Origin: Candidatus Nanohaloarchaea archaeon
GTDB lineage: Archaea; Nanohalarchaeota; Nanosalinia; Nanosalinales; Nanosalinaceae
DNA length: 29,383 bases
Direction: 5' to 3'
NCBI GenBank assembly: GCA_041640075.1
Contig: JBEQAY010000010.1
Span: 1-29,383, forward strand
A program made the position numbers and the translations under genes. The notes beneath the pieces were generated by a model. The model was not told the origin of the DNA. It ran no database searches and saw only the letters and a program-made list of their open reading frames with translations. This document shows, piece by piece, positions 18,158 to 27,991 of the stretch; the first letter of the stretch is position 1; each line of letters begins with the position of its first letter.

Positions 18158-18469
18158 CTAGGCTTTTTCCTGTACCCAGCTTGTTAGTTCTTCTTTGTCC
18201 ATGAAACCCTCGTTCTTTGCAACTACGTCTCCGCCTTTGACTATCAGAAGTGTTGGTAAGGCTTTCACGTTGTATTTTGTGGCGAGGTCGCTGTGTTCCT
18301 CCATGTTTACTTTTCCAAAGTTGACTTCGTCAATTTCTTCTGAGACTTTTTCGTAGATCGGTTTAAGTTTCTGGCATGGTCCGCACCATGAGGCCCAGAA
18401 ATCTATTATCCATGTTTCGTCAGAGTTCTCCACGTCCTCCATGCTGGAAGGGTCAAGATCAGTTGGCAT
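18158..18469 (-). CDS. trxA: Thioredoxin
   Basis: DFWASWCGPC active site and ALPT cis-Pro loop. Confidence 0.93.
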   Translation of the reverse strand: MPTDLDPSSMEDVENSDETWIIDFWASWCGPCQKLKPIYEKVSEEIDEVNFGKVNMEEHSDLATKYNVKALPTLLIVKGGDVVAKNEGFMDKEELTSWVQEKA

Positions 18470-18526
18470 ACGTACAGAATCTGTGATGAGTCTTAAAAAA
18501 AGGAAAGTGTTGGGGGAGTAATCCCG

Positions 18527-19357
18527 TTACTCCTCCATGTAAACTGTCCGGATAGGATACGGGATATCGATACCGGCTTCGTCGTACTTCTCCTTGACCA
18601 ACTGTGTGACTTCCGAAGCACCTGAGACAATGTTGGCCCTCCTGTTGTCGGTCCAGCCACGAAGCTTCAGGTTCACGCTTGAACCTCCAAGCTCGTCTAC
18701 AAGAACCTGTGGCTCAGGATGATCCTCAACGCTCTCTGCTTCATCCAGAACTTCCTCTGCAAGTTCCTTTGCTTGCTTGATGTCATCGTCGTAGCTGACT
18801 CCAACAATCACGTTGAAACGTCGGTTCCCATAACCTGTATTGTTGACGACCTGGTTGCTGTAAAGCTGGGAGTTCGGGATAATCACTTTTCGCCCGTCGT
18901 AGGTCTTCACTTCTGTGGCACGGGTGCTGATATCCTGGATAGTTCCTTCTTCACCACCAGCTGCGATCTGATCCCCGATCTCGAATGGACGGGTGATCAT
19001 GATCAGGATACCGGAGATGAAGTTCGCGATGATATCCTGCAACGCGAAAGATATACCAAGTCCGATCAGTCCTACAGCAGTTCCAAGAGCTGATAGAGGT
19101 ACTCCGAACACACCGAGTACCGCTACACCTGTCAACGGGTAGATCACATAGGCCGACAATCTCTTTGCCGACTTCTCTGCATGCAGGTCTCCACCCCTGT
19201 GCTGTATCGACTTCCCGATAATCACGTTAGAAAGCTTGTTCAATACGTATCCGGCCAGAATAACGCCCACCGCCAGGAGTAAAGTTTCCAGACCTATAAA
19301 TGAGGAAAGGTCTATTCCTGTCAGCTGAGCGAATCCTGCAGTAGAATTAGTAGCCAT
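18527..19357 (-). CDS. mscS: Small-conductance mechanosensitive channel
   Basis: Three transmembrane segments, GLGISFALQDIIANFISG, RPFEIGD, DGRKVIIPNS, GIDIPYP. Confidence 0.93.
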   Translation of the reverse strand: MATNSTAGFAQLTGIDLSSFIGLETLLLAVGVILAGYVLNKLSNVIIGKSIQHRGGDLHAEKSAKRLSAYVIYPLTGVAVLGVFGVPLSALGTAVGLIGLGISFALQDIIANFISGILIMITRPFEIGDQIAAGGEEGTIQDISTRATEVKTYDGRKVIIPNSQLYSNQVVNNTGYGNRRFNVIVGVSYDDDIKQAKELAEEVLDEAESVEDHPEPQVLVDELGGSSVNLKLRGWTDNRRANIVSGASEVTQLVKEKYDEAGIDIPYPIRTVYMEE

Positions 19358-19370
19358 AAAACTTGAACAG

Positions 19371-19449
19371 TTCCTGAAGGTATTAAAATTTCCTGAAAAC
19401 CGAAGGTTTCCTGAAGGAAAGTTGGAGGTTATTAACTTTTCCCGAGGAA
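19371..19449. repeat. TTCCTGAA direct repeats and short palindromes in the divergent mscS/lhr intergenic region
   Basis: TTCCTGAA at 19371, 19390 and 19408; TTCC-n4-GGAA at 19408; TTCC-n3-GGAA at 19439. Confidence 0.55.
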
Positions 19450-19459
19450 CCGTTTAGCC

Positions 19460-22153
19460 ATGGGGGAGATAAAATTCGCGGAACAGGAACAGGCAAATGA
19501 TCAGTTGCCTGAGGACTTTGAACCCTACGTTAAGGACTGGTTCAACTCGAAGTTTCCCGGTCTCAGCGACCCGCAGAAATACGCTTTTGACCTTATACAC
19601 AACGAGGAAAACTCTCTGATATGCGCTCCAACAGGATCAGGTAAAACTTTGTCAGCATTCATGTCGGCTCTAAACGAACTCTTCCGAATGGGGGAAAATG
19701 GAGAACTGGACGACGAAATCTACGTTCTGTATGTTTCGCCTCTTAGAGCGCTTTCAAACGATATAGAGAGGAATCTTGAGGAACCACTAGAGGGGATAAA
19801 GGAGAGGGCTGAGGAGATGGGTCACGAAGTTCCTGAGATCAGGAGTATGGTGAGAACAGGAGATACAACGGACGCTGAGAAACGTGAAATGCGTGAAAAC
19901 CCTCCTCATATCATGATCACCACTCCTGAATCGCTTGGAATTCTCTTGAACTCTCCTAAGTTCAAGGAGAACCTGAGGAACGTAAAATATACTATAACAG
20001 ACGAGATTCACTCCTTGAGCGAAAACAAGAGAGGAGTACATCTGTCACTTTCCATGGAAAGATTGGAGGACATGGTTAACGGATCTCCAACTCGTATTGG
20101 TCTCAGTGCGACGCAGGCGCCAATAGACGAGATAGCAAAATACCTTGTTGGCTACGAGACAGATGAAAAAATAGAAATGAAGGAAACACAGGCAGAGGAG
20201 GAAGTTAAGAGTGCAGAGATTCAGCAGCGCGAAGATTACGCTCCAAGAGACTGCACTATCGTAGACGTCGCTGCATCCAAAGAAATAGACTTAGAGACGA
20301 TCTCCCCTGTCAGGGATCTAATACACACCCCTGCAGGTGAGATACAGGAAGCCATGTACGATAAGATACATAACCTGGTGCAGGATCATGATTCAACCAT
20401 AATATTCACCAACACACGTTCAGCGACCGAGAGAATTGTCAACAACCTGAAAGAGCGCTTTCCGGACGAGTACGATGAGAATATAGGTGCACACCACGGA
20501 TCAATGAGCCGTGACAAGAGACTGGAGGTCGAGGAGAAACTGAAGAAAGGAGAAATGAAAGTCGGTGTAACATCAACTTCTCTTGAGCTTGGAGTAGATA
20601 TAGGAAGCGTCGATCTCGTACTGCAGCTGGGATCACCGAAAGGAGTTGCCCGTGGGATTCAGAGGGTAGGCCGCTCAGGCCACCAGATAGGAGAAAAAGC
20701 GAAGGGAAAAATGATTGTAACAGACAGGGATGACGCACTGGAGTGCAGCGTGCTGTCAAAGTGCGCCAAGGAAGATGAACTTGACAAAATACAGATACCA
20801 CAGAACTCTCTAGACGTGCTGGCACAGCATATCGTAGGAATGGCATGTAACCATCGGTGGGACATGGATCACGCGTTTAACGTGGTAAGAAAGAGCTACA
20901 ACTTTGTAGATCTTGAGCTCGGAGATTATGAAAACGTCCTGAAGTATCTGGGCGGGGAGTACGAGCTGGAAGATCAGAATGTGTACCGTAAGATCTGGCT
21001 GGATCACGAAGACGGTCTCTTCGGAAGATCCGGGAAGATGACGAGAGTCATCTACATGACAAACATAGGAACAATACCTGACGAATCCGGCTACGATGTA
21101 GTTACACGTGGAAACAAGAACTATGTAGGGACACTGGACGAAGAATTCCTTGATAGATTGACCAAAGGCGATATTTTCACTCTTGGAGGCAGCACTTACG
21201 AGTTCAAGTACGCCAAGGGGATGAAGGTTTTCGTTGATCCTCAGCCGAAGAAGAAGCCGACCGTTCCTTCCTGGTACTCTCAGAGGCTTCCGCTTAGCTA
21301 TGATCTAGGTGTAAAGATCGGCAAGTTCAGGAAAGACGTCGAGGAACAGCTTGAGCTCGGAGCAGGTGACGACGACATAATCCAGTGGATAATGCATGAG
21401 TACTACCTGGATGAGAACACTGCTGAAGCAATCTATGGTTACATCAAGGAGCAGTACCAGTTAACCGGAGAGGTCTCACATCACTCCAGGATTACAGTTG
21501 AAAGATATATTGACGATGACAACCGCCAGAACTTTATCTTCCAGACTATCTACGGACGCCGCACGCACGATGCACTGGCCCGTATCCTGGCACACCTGCT
21601 ACAGAAAAGAATCAGCAAGAACATAGGAATGGTGATCGACGACAACGGTTTCATACTGGTTACACCTCGAAGACCTATCGATATAGACGATCTTCTTGAG
21701 GAACTGGTTGAATGTGACTTGGAGAAGGAGCTTAAAGACGCTGTAGGGAAGACAGAACTGATGAAACGAAGATTTAGACATGTAGCCGGGCGTTCACTTA
21801 TGATACTGCGTAACTATCAGGGAAACTCGAAGACTGTCGGTCAGCAACAGATGAAAGGGCACTTCCTGATATCTGCGATCAGAAACCAGTACGGAGAGGA
21901 TTTCCCGATGATCAAAGAGACCTACAGGGAGATTATGGAGGATGCAATGGATATCAGGCATACAAAAGAAGTAGTAGAGAAAATAGGAGAAGAAGAGATA
22001 ACGGTGAGACAGAGGAAAGCTGATATACCATCTCCTTTCAGCCATAACCTTCTGCTCCAGGAATCCAGCGACGTCATCAAGATGGAGGACAAGAAGAAAC
22101 GACTTCAGGAACTACACGACCAGGTTATGGAGAGGATAGAGGAAAATCAGTGA
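19460..22153 (+). CDS. lhr: Lhr family ATP-dependent SF2 helicase
   Basis: APTGSGKT, YVSPLRAL, RTGDT, ITTPESL, DEIH, GLSAT, AHHGS, TSSLELG-like motif, QRVGRSGH, LDVLAQH, IGTIPDE. Confidence 0.95.
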   Translation: MGEIKFAEQEQANDQLPEDFEPYVKDWFNSKFPGLSDPQKYAFDLIHNEENSLICAPTGSGKTLSAFMSALNELFRMGENGELDDEIYVLYVSPLRALSNDIERNLEEPLEGIKERAEEMGHEVPEIRSMVRTGDTTDAEKREMRENPPHIMITTPESLGILLNSPKFKENLRNVKYTITDEIHSLSENKRGVHLSLSMERLEDMVNGSPTRIGLSATQAPIDEIAKYLVGYETDEKIEMKETQAEEEVKSAEIQQREDYAPRDCTIVDVAASKEIDLETISPVRDLIHTPAGEIQEAMYDKIHNLVQDHDSTIIFTNTRSATERIVNNLKERFPDEYDENIGAHHGSMSRDKRLEVEEKLKKGEMKVGVTSTSLELGVDIGSVDLVLQLGSPKGVARGIQRVGRSGHQIGEKAKGKMIVTDRDDALECSVLSKCAKEDELDKIQIPQNSLDVLAQHIVGMACNHRWDMDHAFNVVRKSYNFVDLELGDYENVLKYLGGEYELEDQNVYRKIWLDHEDGLFGRSGKMTRVIYMTNIGTIPDESGYDVVTRGNKNYVGTLDEEFLDRLTKGDIFTLGGSTYEFKYAKGMKVFVDPQPKKKPTVPSWYSQRLPLSYDLGVKIGKFRKDVEEQLELGAGDDDIIQWIMHEYYLDENTAEAIYGYIKEQYQLTGEVSHHSRITVERYIDDDNRQNFIFQTIYGRRTHDALARILAHLLQKRISKNIGMVIDDNGFILVTPRRPIDIDDLLEELVECDLEKELKDAVGKTELMKRRFRHVAGRSLMILRNYQGNSKTVGQQQMKGHFLISAIRNQYGEDFPMIKETYREIMEDAMDIRHTKEVVEKIGEEEITVRQRKADIPSPFSHNLLLQESSDVIKMEDKKKRLQELHDQVMERIEENQ

Positions 22154-22197
22154 ACGGGCCATTGTAAAATAAACATGTCTGTCCAATCACAGTATAC

Positions 22198-23901
22198 ATG
22201 CAAGCGATCCAAAATCTGTTTACCTCCCTACCAATAGTTGAAGACATTTTCCTCAATCCTGTTGGATTGCTGGCAGTTCTAGCTGTTATTCCTCTGCTAA
22301 TTTTCTACCTGATGAAACCAAAACCGGAGGAACAGGTTATGCCCTCCATGATGTTCTTCAGAGAGGAAAAAGAAGACGAAAAACTGAGGAAAGCATACAG
22401 AAAACTTATATCCAATCTTCCGCTCCTGCTACAGGTTCTTGCAGTACTTACCTTCGCGGCAGCATTTGCAAACCCGTACATAAATATATCAGAGGCCTCA
22501 GAGAATACTGTTATAGTACTTGACCGGTCTGCCAGCGTCAAACCGGATTTTGAACCGCTTAAGGATAGAGTTGAATCCGAAGCAGGGGAATCAAATACTT
22601 TGATAACAGCAAGTGACGAGGTACAAGTGAAGCTTGAGAACGCTGGCCGGGCAGAACTAAAAAGAGAGTTAGAGAGGATGAAGGCTGTTGAAACTGAGAC
22701 TAATATTGTTTCAGCTCTTGAGGTCGCTGAAAACTATGAAGGGAAACTAGTTCTGGCCAGTGACTTGGATCAGACACTAGATAATAGAGATGTAGCTTCT
22801 AGAATTGATGATATGGCTGCGAGAACTGTGGAAACCGTATCTCCTGATGTCACAAATCAGTGGGGAATAACTTCAATAGAACCTGGCAGAGACCAGACTA
22901 CTGTTGAAGTATCAAACTTTCAGGTTGTTGCAGAAACTCTGGAGGTCAGCCATGGTGATAAGATGGAAGCTGTACAGCTTGATCCTGGTGAATCAGAGCA
23001 AATTAGTTTCACAGGAAGTCCAGGCAGGAACGTCATTGAACTACCTCAGGATGACATGAAGTCAGATAATACTGCCAGTTATGTCATACCAGAAGCGCAG
23101 AATGTTACTGTAAGATATCTAGGCTCCTTGAATCGCTATATGGAAGAGGCACTTAATTTAATTGAAGGTATAAAGCTTCAACAGGTTGAAACCGAACTGG
23201 GTGAAGCTGATGTCTATATCATCTCTGACGAGATACGGAGCAGAGGCAGGAGAAACAGGCTAGAAGAAAAGGTGTCGGAAGGATCATCTGCAATTATTTT
23301 ACCTGGTTCAAGTGCTTTATCCAGCGTCTTAGGCTTTGAAACCGCCACAAGTAGTTCTACTGATAATCTGAAAGTAAATCAGCCATTAAATATCCCTGTA
23401 GGGGAGACAGAGCTAGTAGATAGAAACCTGACTTCTGGAGAATCTTTTACCACTCCTGAATATGCCATCAGACAGATGGAATACGAGAATGGTGAAGTTA
23501 TCGTCTATAACATAGTTGGAGACGAGTTCGGAAAGAATATTCTATACCCGGTTTTCTGGAGAGATGTTCTAAACAGTCTTGTAGACAGACCTGATATCTC
23601 GAAACTCAACCTTGAGACTGGAGAAACTGTGGAAACAGAAGAAGTAGACTCCCCAACAGGCCGAAAGTATGAAGGCAGGATAGAGCTGAACCAGACAGGA
23701 GTCTACACCACAGATGACAGAACCTATGCGGCAAACCTGGAGTCAAGAGATGAATCAAATATAGAACAGAGGAGCTACTCTGGAACAGTGGATCAGGCCG
23801 GGGCATCGGAGCAGGAGAGTATCCAACATCTGGCTGTGCTTCTGCTTGTCCTTTTGATCTGCGCAGATGCTGTCTACCTGTGGTACAGAGGTGATCTGTA
23901 A
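22198..23901 (+). CDS. BatA N-terminal domain plus vWA domain membrane protein
   Basis: FLNPVGLL...PLLIFYLMKPKP...MPSMMF...LLLQ...AFANP (BatA double-TM pattern), VLDRSAS MIDAS, ANL...ESNI and a C-terminal transmembrane segment. Confidence 0.85.
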   Translation: MQAIQNLFTSLPIVEDIFLNPVGLLAVLAVIPLLIFYLMKPKPEEQVMPSMMFFREEKEDEKLRKAYRKLISNLPLLLQVLAVLTFAAAFANPYINISEASENTVIVLDRSASVKPDFEPLKDRVESEAGESNTLITASDEVQVKLENAGRAELKRELERMKAVETETNIVSALEVAENYEGKLVLASDLDQTLDNRDVASRIDDMAARTVETVSPDVTNQWGITSIEPGRDQTTVEVSNFQVVAETLEVSHGDKMEAVQLDPGESEQISFTGSPGRNVIELPQDDMKSDNTASYVIPEAQNVTVRYLGSLNRYMEEALNLIEGIKLQQVETELGEADVYIISDEIRSRGRRNRLEEKVSEGSSAIILPGSSALSSVLGFETATSSSTDNLKVNQPLNIPVGETELVDRNLTSGESFTTPEYAIRQMEYENGEVIVYNIVGDEFGKNILYPVFWRDVLNSLVDRPDISKLNLETGETVETEEVDSPTGRKYEGRIELNQTGVYTTDDRTYAANLESRDESNIEQRSYSGTVDQAGASEQESIQHLAVLLLVLLICADAVYLWYRGDL

Positions 23902-23904
23902 GAA

Positions 23905-26247
23905 ATGATACTTCAGCAACCGATCATGCTGCTAACAGCACTACTGGCTGTACCTCTACTCTTCAGAGCCTTTAGAAACGAGAAAACTGACTGGAAACTA
24001 ATAGGTATAACTAACGCATTTGTCGTCCTGCTTCTGGCAGTTGCAGCAGCTTCACCAGCTGTACAGACAGAGACAGAGCAGGTAAGCCAGAGAGAAATAA
24101 TCCACCTGAACGATAAATCCGCTTCAATGATGACAGACGGGCCAAACATATCCATAGAGGGGGTATCTATCAACAGTAAAACACTGGCATCAGGAAATAC
24201 CTCAAACCTACAGAAAGCGCTGCTTAACCGCGTCGAGTCAAACAAAACCTACCTAGTAAGAACCGATTTACAGGGACTTGACAATACCGAGAAAATCGTA
24301 GAGGAGTACAACCGCAGGAACTCATCCATAAACGTCTTTAAAACCGATCTGGAAAGAGAGGCATCTGTAAGCATCTCAGGACCGGATGTAGCAGTTCCAG
24401 GTGCTCAAAACTCCTACACTGCAAGAATATCTTCTACTGATGGAGAAGAAAGGAGAGTAAGAATACTTGTAGACGGTGAAGAGAAGATTACAGAGACTAA
24501 AAGCGGAGAAATCAGATTCAAAGAAAGCTTTGATCAGGAAGGCTATCACAGGATAGAGGCACGGATACTGAACGCCTCCGACGGATACAGTGTAAACAAC
24601 AGGTACTACAAATCCGTCAAAGTGATAGAAAAACCTGAACTACTTGTTATAGGAGATGAAGGCCAGCTCAATAACAGACTTTCAGAGTTCTACGACATAA
24701 CGCAGAGAGAAAGAGTTCCTGACGACCTCTCGCAGTATTACTCTGTAGTACTGAAGAAAAACCTGGCTAATCCTGGAGAAATCAGACCTTACCTCATAGA
24801 TGGAAACGGACTGATGTACACAGGAGACGGAACCATGGACATACTTCCTGTGGAAAGGAGTCAGGAAAGAGATGAAACTGTAAATCCTTCAATGGTTATG
24901 GCGCTTGATGTTTCTGAGACAGAGTTCTGCAGCGGGGAGAACTGTAACCGGATAGATGTGGAGACTTCCCGGAGTTTCGGGCTTTCTGTGGTAAAGAGCT
25001 TGAATCAGGATTATCCTGGAACCGAGCTAGGTATGCTGGCATACTCGGACGGTTACTTCCCTCTCGTTGAACCTGGTGTACTCAGGGAGAACTCTGACCG
25101 GATGGGGAACAGTTTGCGACGCCTCAGACTCCGTGGTGGAGATGAGTATCATCAGCTAGGTATCCATGAATCCGCGAAGATGCTTAATGGCTCCGGGAAT
25201 ATCTTATTAGTGACTGATGGAGTGATTCCTGCTGCAGGAGTCTACAGTAATGCTTTCAGGCTTGATAAGACAGGTCAACCCAAGAATATTGATTCTGATC
25301 TTTATCCTTCGGATTTTGATATCTCCAAGAGGAGTATTAACATGTATCCAGAAAAATACAGGAACTACATCCTGGATTATATTGAGAATCGAATGCCTGA
25401 AGAGGTCGATATTTACACAGTGGCTGTGGGTAATGAAAGTCAGAAAAATCTTCCTTTCCTTCGTGATCTGGCTGCTGAAGGCGGTGGCACTGCTTTTGAT
25501 AGTGTTGATGAGTTCTATGAGAATCCACCTGAGGATATCGGTGGCGGGGGTTACGGCGAGAATAAGTATCTGAAGAAGGTGAATTACAACCACTACATCA
25601 CCTCCAGTTTCGGTGAGTTGAACGTAGCAACATCAAATTTTGATCAGGTTAAGACACGTGATTCGGCCCGCAAGCTGGTAGCTACCTCTGGAGGTAGGCC
25701 TGCGCTTTCGTCTTGGAGATATGGTCTTGGACGCGTGGCAAGTTTCTCTGCCGGTGGAAAGGACCTGGAGCAGGTTCTTTCCCAGGAGCCTGGACTGGTA
25801 TCCCGGACGGTCAGCTGGACGGTAGGCGATCCTCAGAGAAAAGAGAACTCCACTGTGAACGTGGATTCTGCCCGGAGAGGTGGACAGGTCGTTATCTCGT
25901 CTGAGCAGGAGATGGAGGGTTTGACCAGAAAGTCTGAGGGCCGTTACGAGGCAAGGATCAGGCCCAATGAGACAGGTTTCCACAGCTTCCAGGAGCACGA
26001 GTTCACGTATAATTACAGGAAAGAGCTTCAGGGACTGGGTTACAGGGATTCCGAGCTTGAGCAGCTGGCAAGTCGGACCGGGGGAGAAGTGTTGACTCCT
26101 GAGGAGCTGGATTCACTGAGGTCTGAAGCAACTGTCACGGAGAGCGAGGTCACCGAGACCCGGTCGCTTTCCGTCTTTTTCCTGTTAGCTGCCTTGCTGG
26201 TGTTTCTTGGACAGGTAGGTTACAGGAAGTTCAATGGTTTGCTTTAA
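23905..26247 (+). CDS. vWA domain membrane protein with Ig-like and class I GATase-like regions
   Basis: N-terminal double TM, DKSASM, second vWA (ALDVS...LVTDG...IYTVAVG...FLRDLA...GG), WRYGLGRV and a C-terminal TM. Confidence 0.82.
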   Translation: MILQQPIMLLTALLAVPLLFRAFRNEKTDWKLIGITNAFVVLLLAVAAASPAVQTETEQVSQREIIHLNDKSASMMTDGPNISIEGVSINSKTLASGNTSNLQKALLNRVESNKTYLVRTDLQGLDNTEKIVEEYNRRNSSINVFKTDLEREASVSISGPDVAVPGAQNSYTARISSTDGEERRVRILVDGEEKITETKSGEIRFKESFDQEGYHRIEARILNASDGYSVNNRYYKSVKVIEKPELLVIGDEGQLNNRLSEFYDITQRERVPDDLSQYYSVVLKKNLANPGEIRPYLIDGNGLMYTGDGTMDILPVERSQERDETVNPSMVMALDVSETEFCSGENCNRIDVETSRSFGLSVVKSLNQDYPGTELGMLAYSDGYFPLVEPGVLRENSDRMGNSLRRLRLRGGDEYHQLGIHESAKMLNGSGNILLVTDGVIPAAGVYSNAFRLDKTGQPKNIDSDLYPSDFDISKRSINMYPEKYRNYILDYIENRMPEEVDIYTVAVGNESQKNLPFLRDLAAEGGGTAFDSVDEFYENPPEDIGGGGYGENKYLKKVNYNHYITSSFGELNVATSNFDQVKTRDSARKLVATSGGRPALSSWRYGLGRVASFSAGGKDLEQVLSQEPGLVSRTVSWTVGDPQRKENSTVNVDSARRGGQVVISSEQEMEGLTRKSEGRYEARIRPNETGFHSFQEHEFTYNYRKELQGLGYRDSELEQLASRTGGEVLTPEELDSLRSEATVTESEVTETRSLSVFFLLAALLVFLGQVGYRKFNGLL

Positions 26248-26288
26248 CCAGCACAACCTTTAATTAACGCTGAGAAGAAACTTGGGCT

Positions 26289-27071
26289 ATGGGAGTTTTG
26301 GGACCTTTAAAGGATCTTGTAAACAGTAAAAGCGATTCCGGGAGCTCAGGAAGTTCTTTTGGTGGAGGTTCCGGAGGATCTGATTTTGGCTCCGGTGATT
26401 CCGGAGGCGGAGACTTCGGCTCTGACTCTGGAGGTGACTTCGGTGGTGGGTCCGGTGGTTCCGACTTTGGTGACTCCGGTGATGCAGATTTCGGCGCCGG
26501 CGGTGGAAACCAGAACGGCGGTTCTCCCGGACAGGCTCCAGCTGGAAACAATAATACTCAAGGAGGAAATAATATGCCAGGCTCCCAGCAAGGACCTGGG
26601 GGTGTACCTCAGGGCGGACAGCAGGGACCTGGTTCAGGTCAACCCGGTGCAGGCCCAGCAGGTTCACAGGGGCCTGGTGGAGGTCCAGGCGGACAGCAAA
26701 GTCCTCCGGGAAGTTCACAGCCTTCAGGAGGCCAGGGCAATTCTATGATAAATAATAATCCTTCATCTGGTGAAGGGCTTGATCCTACAGGAAGGCCGGA
26801 TTCAGGAAGTTCTGCAGGTGGTTCTTCAGGTACACCTTCAACGCCGAATGCAGGTGCAGGTACTCCGCAGAGCGGAAGCAGTTCACCTCAGTTGAGTAGC
26901 TCCACTCAGAAAAAGATGCAGAACGCTGGAATGAATCCTTCAGGTGGTAGCTCAGGATCAGGTGAAGTCTCCAGAGAAGAGTTCGACAGACTTGTCGATC
27001 AGAATCAGCAGATCATCGATCTACTGGAAGATCTCGTCGGCCAGATCAAGAGCCAGAACAACAGAAGGTAA
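26289..27071 (+). CDS. Gly/Ser/Gln/Pro-rich low-complexity protein with DFG repeats and a C-terminal helix
   Basis: 260-aa ORF filling the gap, with SREEFDRLVDQNQQIIDLLEDL at the C-terminus and a T-rich tract after the stop. Confidence 0.75.
   Translation: MGVLGPLKDLVNSKSDSGSSGSSFGGGSGGSDFGSGDSGGGDFGSDSGGDFGGGSGGSDFGDSGDADFGAGGGNQNGGSPGQAPAGNNNTQGGNNMPGSQQGPGGVPQGGQQGPGSGQPGAGPAGSQGPGGGPGGQQSPPGSSQPSGGQGNSMINNNPSSGEGLDPTGRPDSGSSAGGSSGTPSTPNAGAGTPQSGSSSPQLSSSTQKKMQNAGMNPSGGSSGSGEVSREEFDRLVDQNQQIIDLLEDLVGQIKSQNNRR
26355..26495 (+). repeat. Imperfect coding tandem repeat (GGxDFG)
   Basis: SFG, SDFG, GDFG, GDFG, SDFG and ADFG at 8-10 aa spacing. Confidence 0.8.
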
Positions 27072-27125
27072 AGAATTTTTATCTGTAAAGTTTTGTTTTC
27101 TACTCTTCAGGAAATCCTTTAAATC

Positions 27126-27449
27126 CTAGAATTTCTTCATTAGTCCAAATAAGCTCCAGAAGCCTTTGAACAGTAATGCTGCAGCAAAAAATTCTTTGTA
27201 GGCTGCCAGGAAAGGTGGTTGGCCTGTGAAAAGTATAGCTGCGGATAGCACGTCTGCCATTCCTCCCAGGACGTATACAGGGAAAGGTAGTTTTACCGGT
27301 CTTATCATTGATCCTGTACCTTTAATCAAGAGTACCGCTGCGTGTACATGAAGTATCTCTAGGGGCATGAATGACTGCGTCATGTAGACAAGGATTGCAG
27401 ATATAACGTCTACTGTGCCCAGTGGGTCTGGTCTGAAAATTCCTGGCAT
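27126..27449 (-). CDS. Small hydrophobic membrane protein
   Basis: Several hydrophobic segments with an internal duplication (DVISAIL...LLIKG / DVLSAAIL...LLFKG). Confidence 0.7.
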   Translation of the reverse strand: MPGIFRPDPLGTVDVISAILVYMTQSFMPLEILHVHAAVLLIKGTGSMIRPVKLPFPVYVLGGMADVLSAAILFTGQPPFLAAYKEFFAAALLFKGFWSLFGLMKKF

Positions 27450-27477
27450 GTAAGTCTCAAGTTGCCAGAGAAATCTT

Positions 27478-27942
27478 TTATTCCAAAGTGACTACCTGAT
27501 CTGCCGCGTTTTTCAGAGCAGTTGAGAAACCTGGGTCCATACCCATAACAACCGTTTCCTTCCCGTGTTCCTTGGCCTTCTGGATCACAGGTAGAAAATC
27601 TGTGTCTCGTGTTACAAGTACGATGGTATCTATGTCATCATTGAAGACTGCTTCCATGGCATTAACCGCCATATAGACATCTACGTCACTTTCCTTGGCT
27701 TTCTCGCCGCCTAGTCCAAGATCTGCCTCGAATCCCTGCGATATAATGGCTTCGATAAGTTTATCGGATGCGTACTGGTTCAGAAAAACCTTTCCGATCT
27801 TTATGTTGCCGTATTCTCCGGTTTTCTCCCGTAACTCGTCTAGATCTAGGTCAAATTCTTTTCTGACTACGTTTGGACCGTCCACGAAAATCGCTACGTT
27901 CGGCTCTCCGTTGACTGATCCTCTAATTTTGTCAAGTACCAT
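27478..27942 (-). CDS. NYN domain protein (LabA/DUF88 PIN-like, TIGR00288-like)
   Basis: [32 protein letters not shown]. Start set at ATG 27942. Confidence 0.9.
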   Translation of the reverse strand: MVLDKIRGSVNGEPNVAIFVDGPNVVRKEFDLDLDELREKTGEYGNIKIGKVFLNQYASDKLIEAIISQGFEADLGLGGEKAKESDVDVYMAVNAMEAVFNDDIDTIVLVTRDTDFLPVIQKAKEHGKETVVMGMDPGFSTALKNAADQVVTLE

Positions 27943-27991
27943 AACCAATTTTTTAGTCCAGTCTTTTTTATTACAACGACATCGATCAAGT

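Noticed and set aside
16634..22153. Inteins in RFC small subunit or Lhr, both common intein hosts
   Set aside because: Both proteins are of normal length with contiguous motifs, and there are no splice-junction or LAGLIDADG signatures.
26355..26495. CRISPR-like repeat array
   Set aside because: The repeats are short, degenerate and in-frame coding, with no fixed repeat-spacer period and no cas genes.
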